Shown: piece by piece, positions 63,776-64,000 of the stretch | Layout of the letters: every line of letters begins with the position of its first letter | Numbering within the stretch: position 1 is the first letter of the stretch | Made by a program: the position numbers and the translations under genes | The notes under the pieces: model-generated | Databases searched by the model: none | What the model was told of the DNA's origin: nothing | Seen by the model: only the letters and a program-made list of their open reading frames with translations | Assembly (NCBI RefSeq): GCF_026210795.1 | Contig: NC_089433.1 | Span: 4,340,001 to 4,404,000, forward strand | From: Rhizophagus irregularis | Taxonomy: Eukaryota | Length of the DNA stretch: 64,000 nucleotides | Direction of reading: 5' to 3'

Positions 63776-64000
63776 TGTTACCCCTAGTTACGTGTAGAGT
63801 TACAATTTACTACGCCAGAAAATCATGTGGAAAATTAGGATCTACTGTGCCTAACTGTGCCAAGCCGACCTAGCCGCAGCCTACTTAGCCTATTATTTCT
63901 ATTATATTTATTATATTAATTATATTTAATATAATCGATATAATTATTTTATTTATTATATTTAATTTATTTATTATATTTATTATATTAGTTATATTTC
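63776..64000. mobile_element. LTR (same family as 31556-32067), runs off the window
   Basis: TGTTACCCCTAGT(T/C)ACGTGTAGAGTTAC… is near-identical to the sequence from 31556. Confidence 0.92.

Larger units (their letters stand above)
43471..64000. mobile_element. Candidate Maverick/Polinton-like or giant-virus-derived element (left end only), interrupted by a CACTA transposon and an LTR
   Basis: The insertion begins AGTAGT exactly where the retroposon breaks. Subterminal tandem repeats at 43500-43760. Compact intronless genes follow. No pPolB, integrase or capsid gene is visible in the window. Confidence 0.45.

Overview
Very AT-rich eukaryotic DNA with short GT-AG introns. The kinase, F-box and TE families suggest an arbuscular mycorrhizal fungus (Glomeromycotina, Rhizophagus-like); this is inference. 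The window is almost entirely nested mobile DNA. (i) An RT-less, ORF-bearing retroposon with an 18-bp TSD (8236-11209), plus a truncated second copy at ~42670-43470. (ii) A 24.3-kb Helitron on the minus strand (11381-35722) carrying Rep/PIF1, a double OB-fold gene and a putative DDE-like gene. Nested in it are two hAT elements, a TA-MITE, a solo LTR and a non-autonomous CACTA element; the CACTA interior is ~18 tandem micro-exon/intron units whose splice signals sit in hairpins. (iii) A 5'-truncated LINE and an apparently intact 4-exon trypsin-like pseudo-protease gene. (iv) From 43471 to the window end, a segment that starts with a Maverick/Polinton-like AGTAGT terminus and carries tightly packed intronless genes: a 263-codon TBP-fold gene resembling asfarvirus B263R, an F-box/LRR gene, and a retropepsin joined by a -1 slippery site to a zinc finger. 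A 17.1-kb CACTA/CMC transposon, itself containing a hAT, interrupts this segment. Most TE and virus-like ORFs carry in-frame stops, many explicable as CGA->TGA. All family assignments come from motif recognition by eye; no database searches were run.
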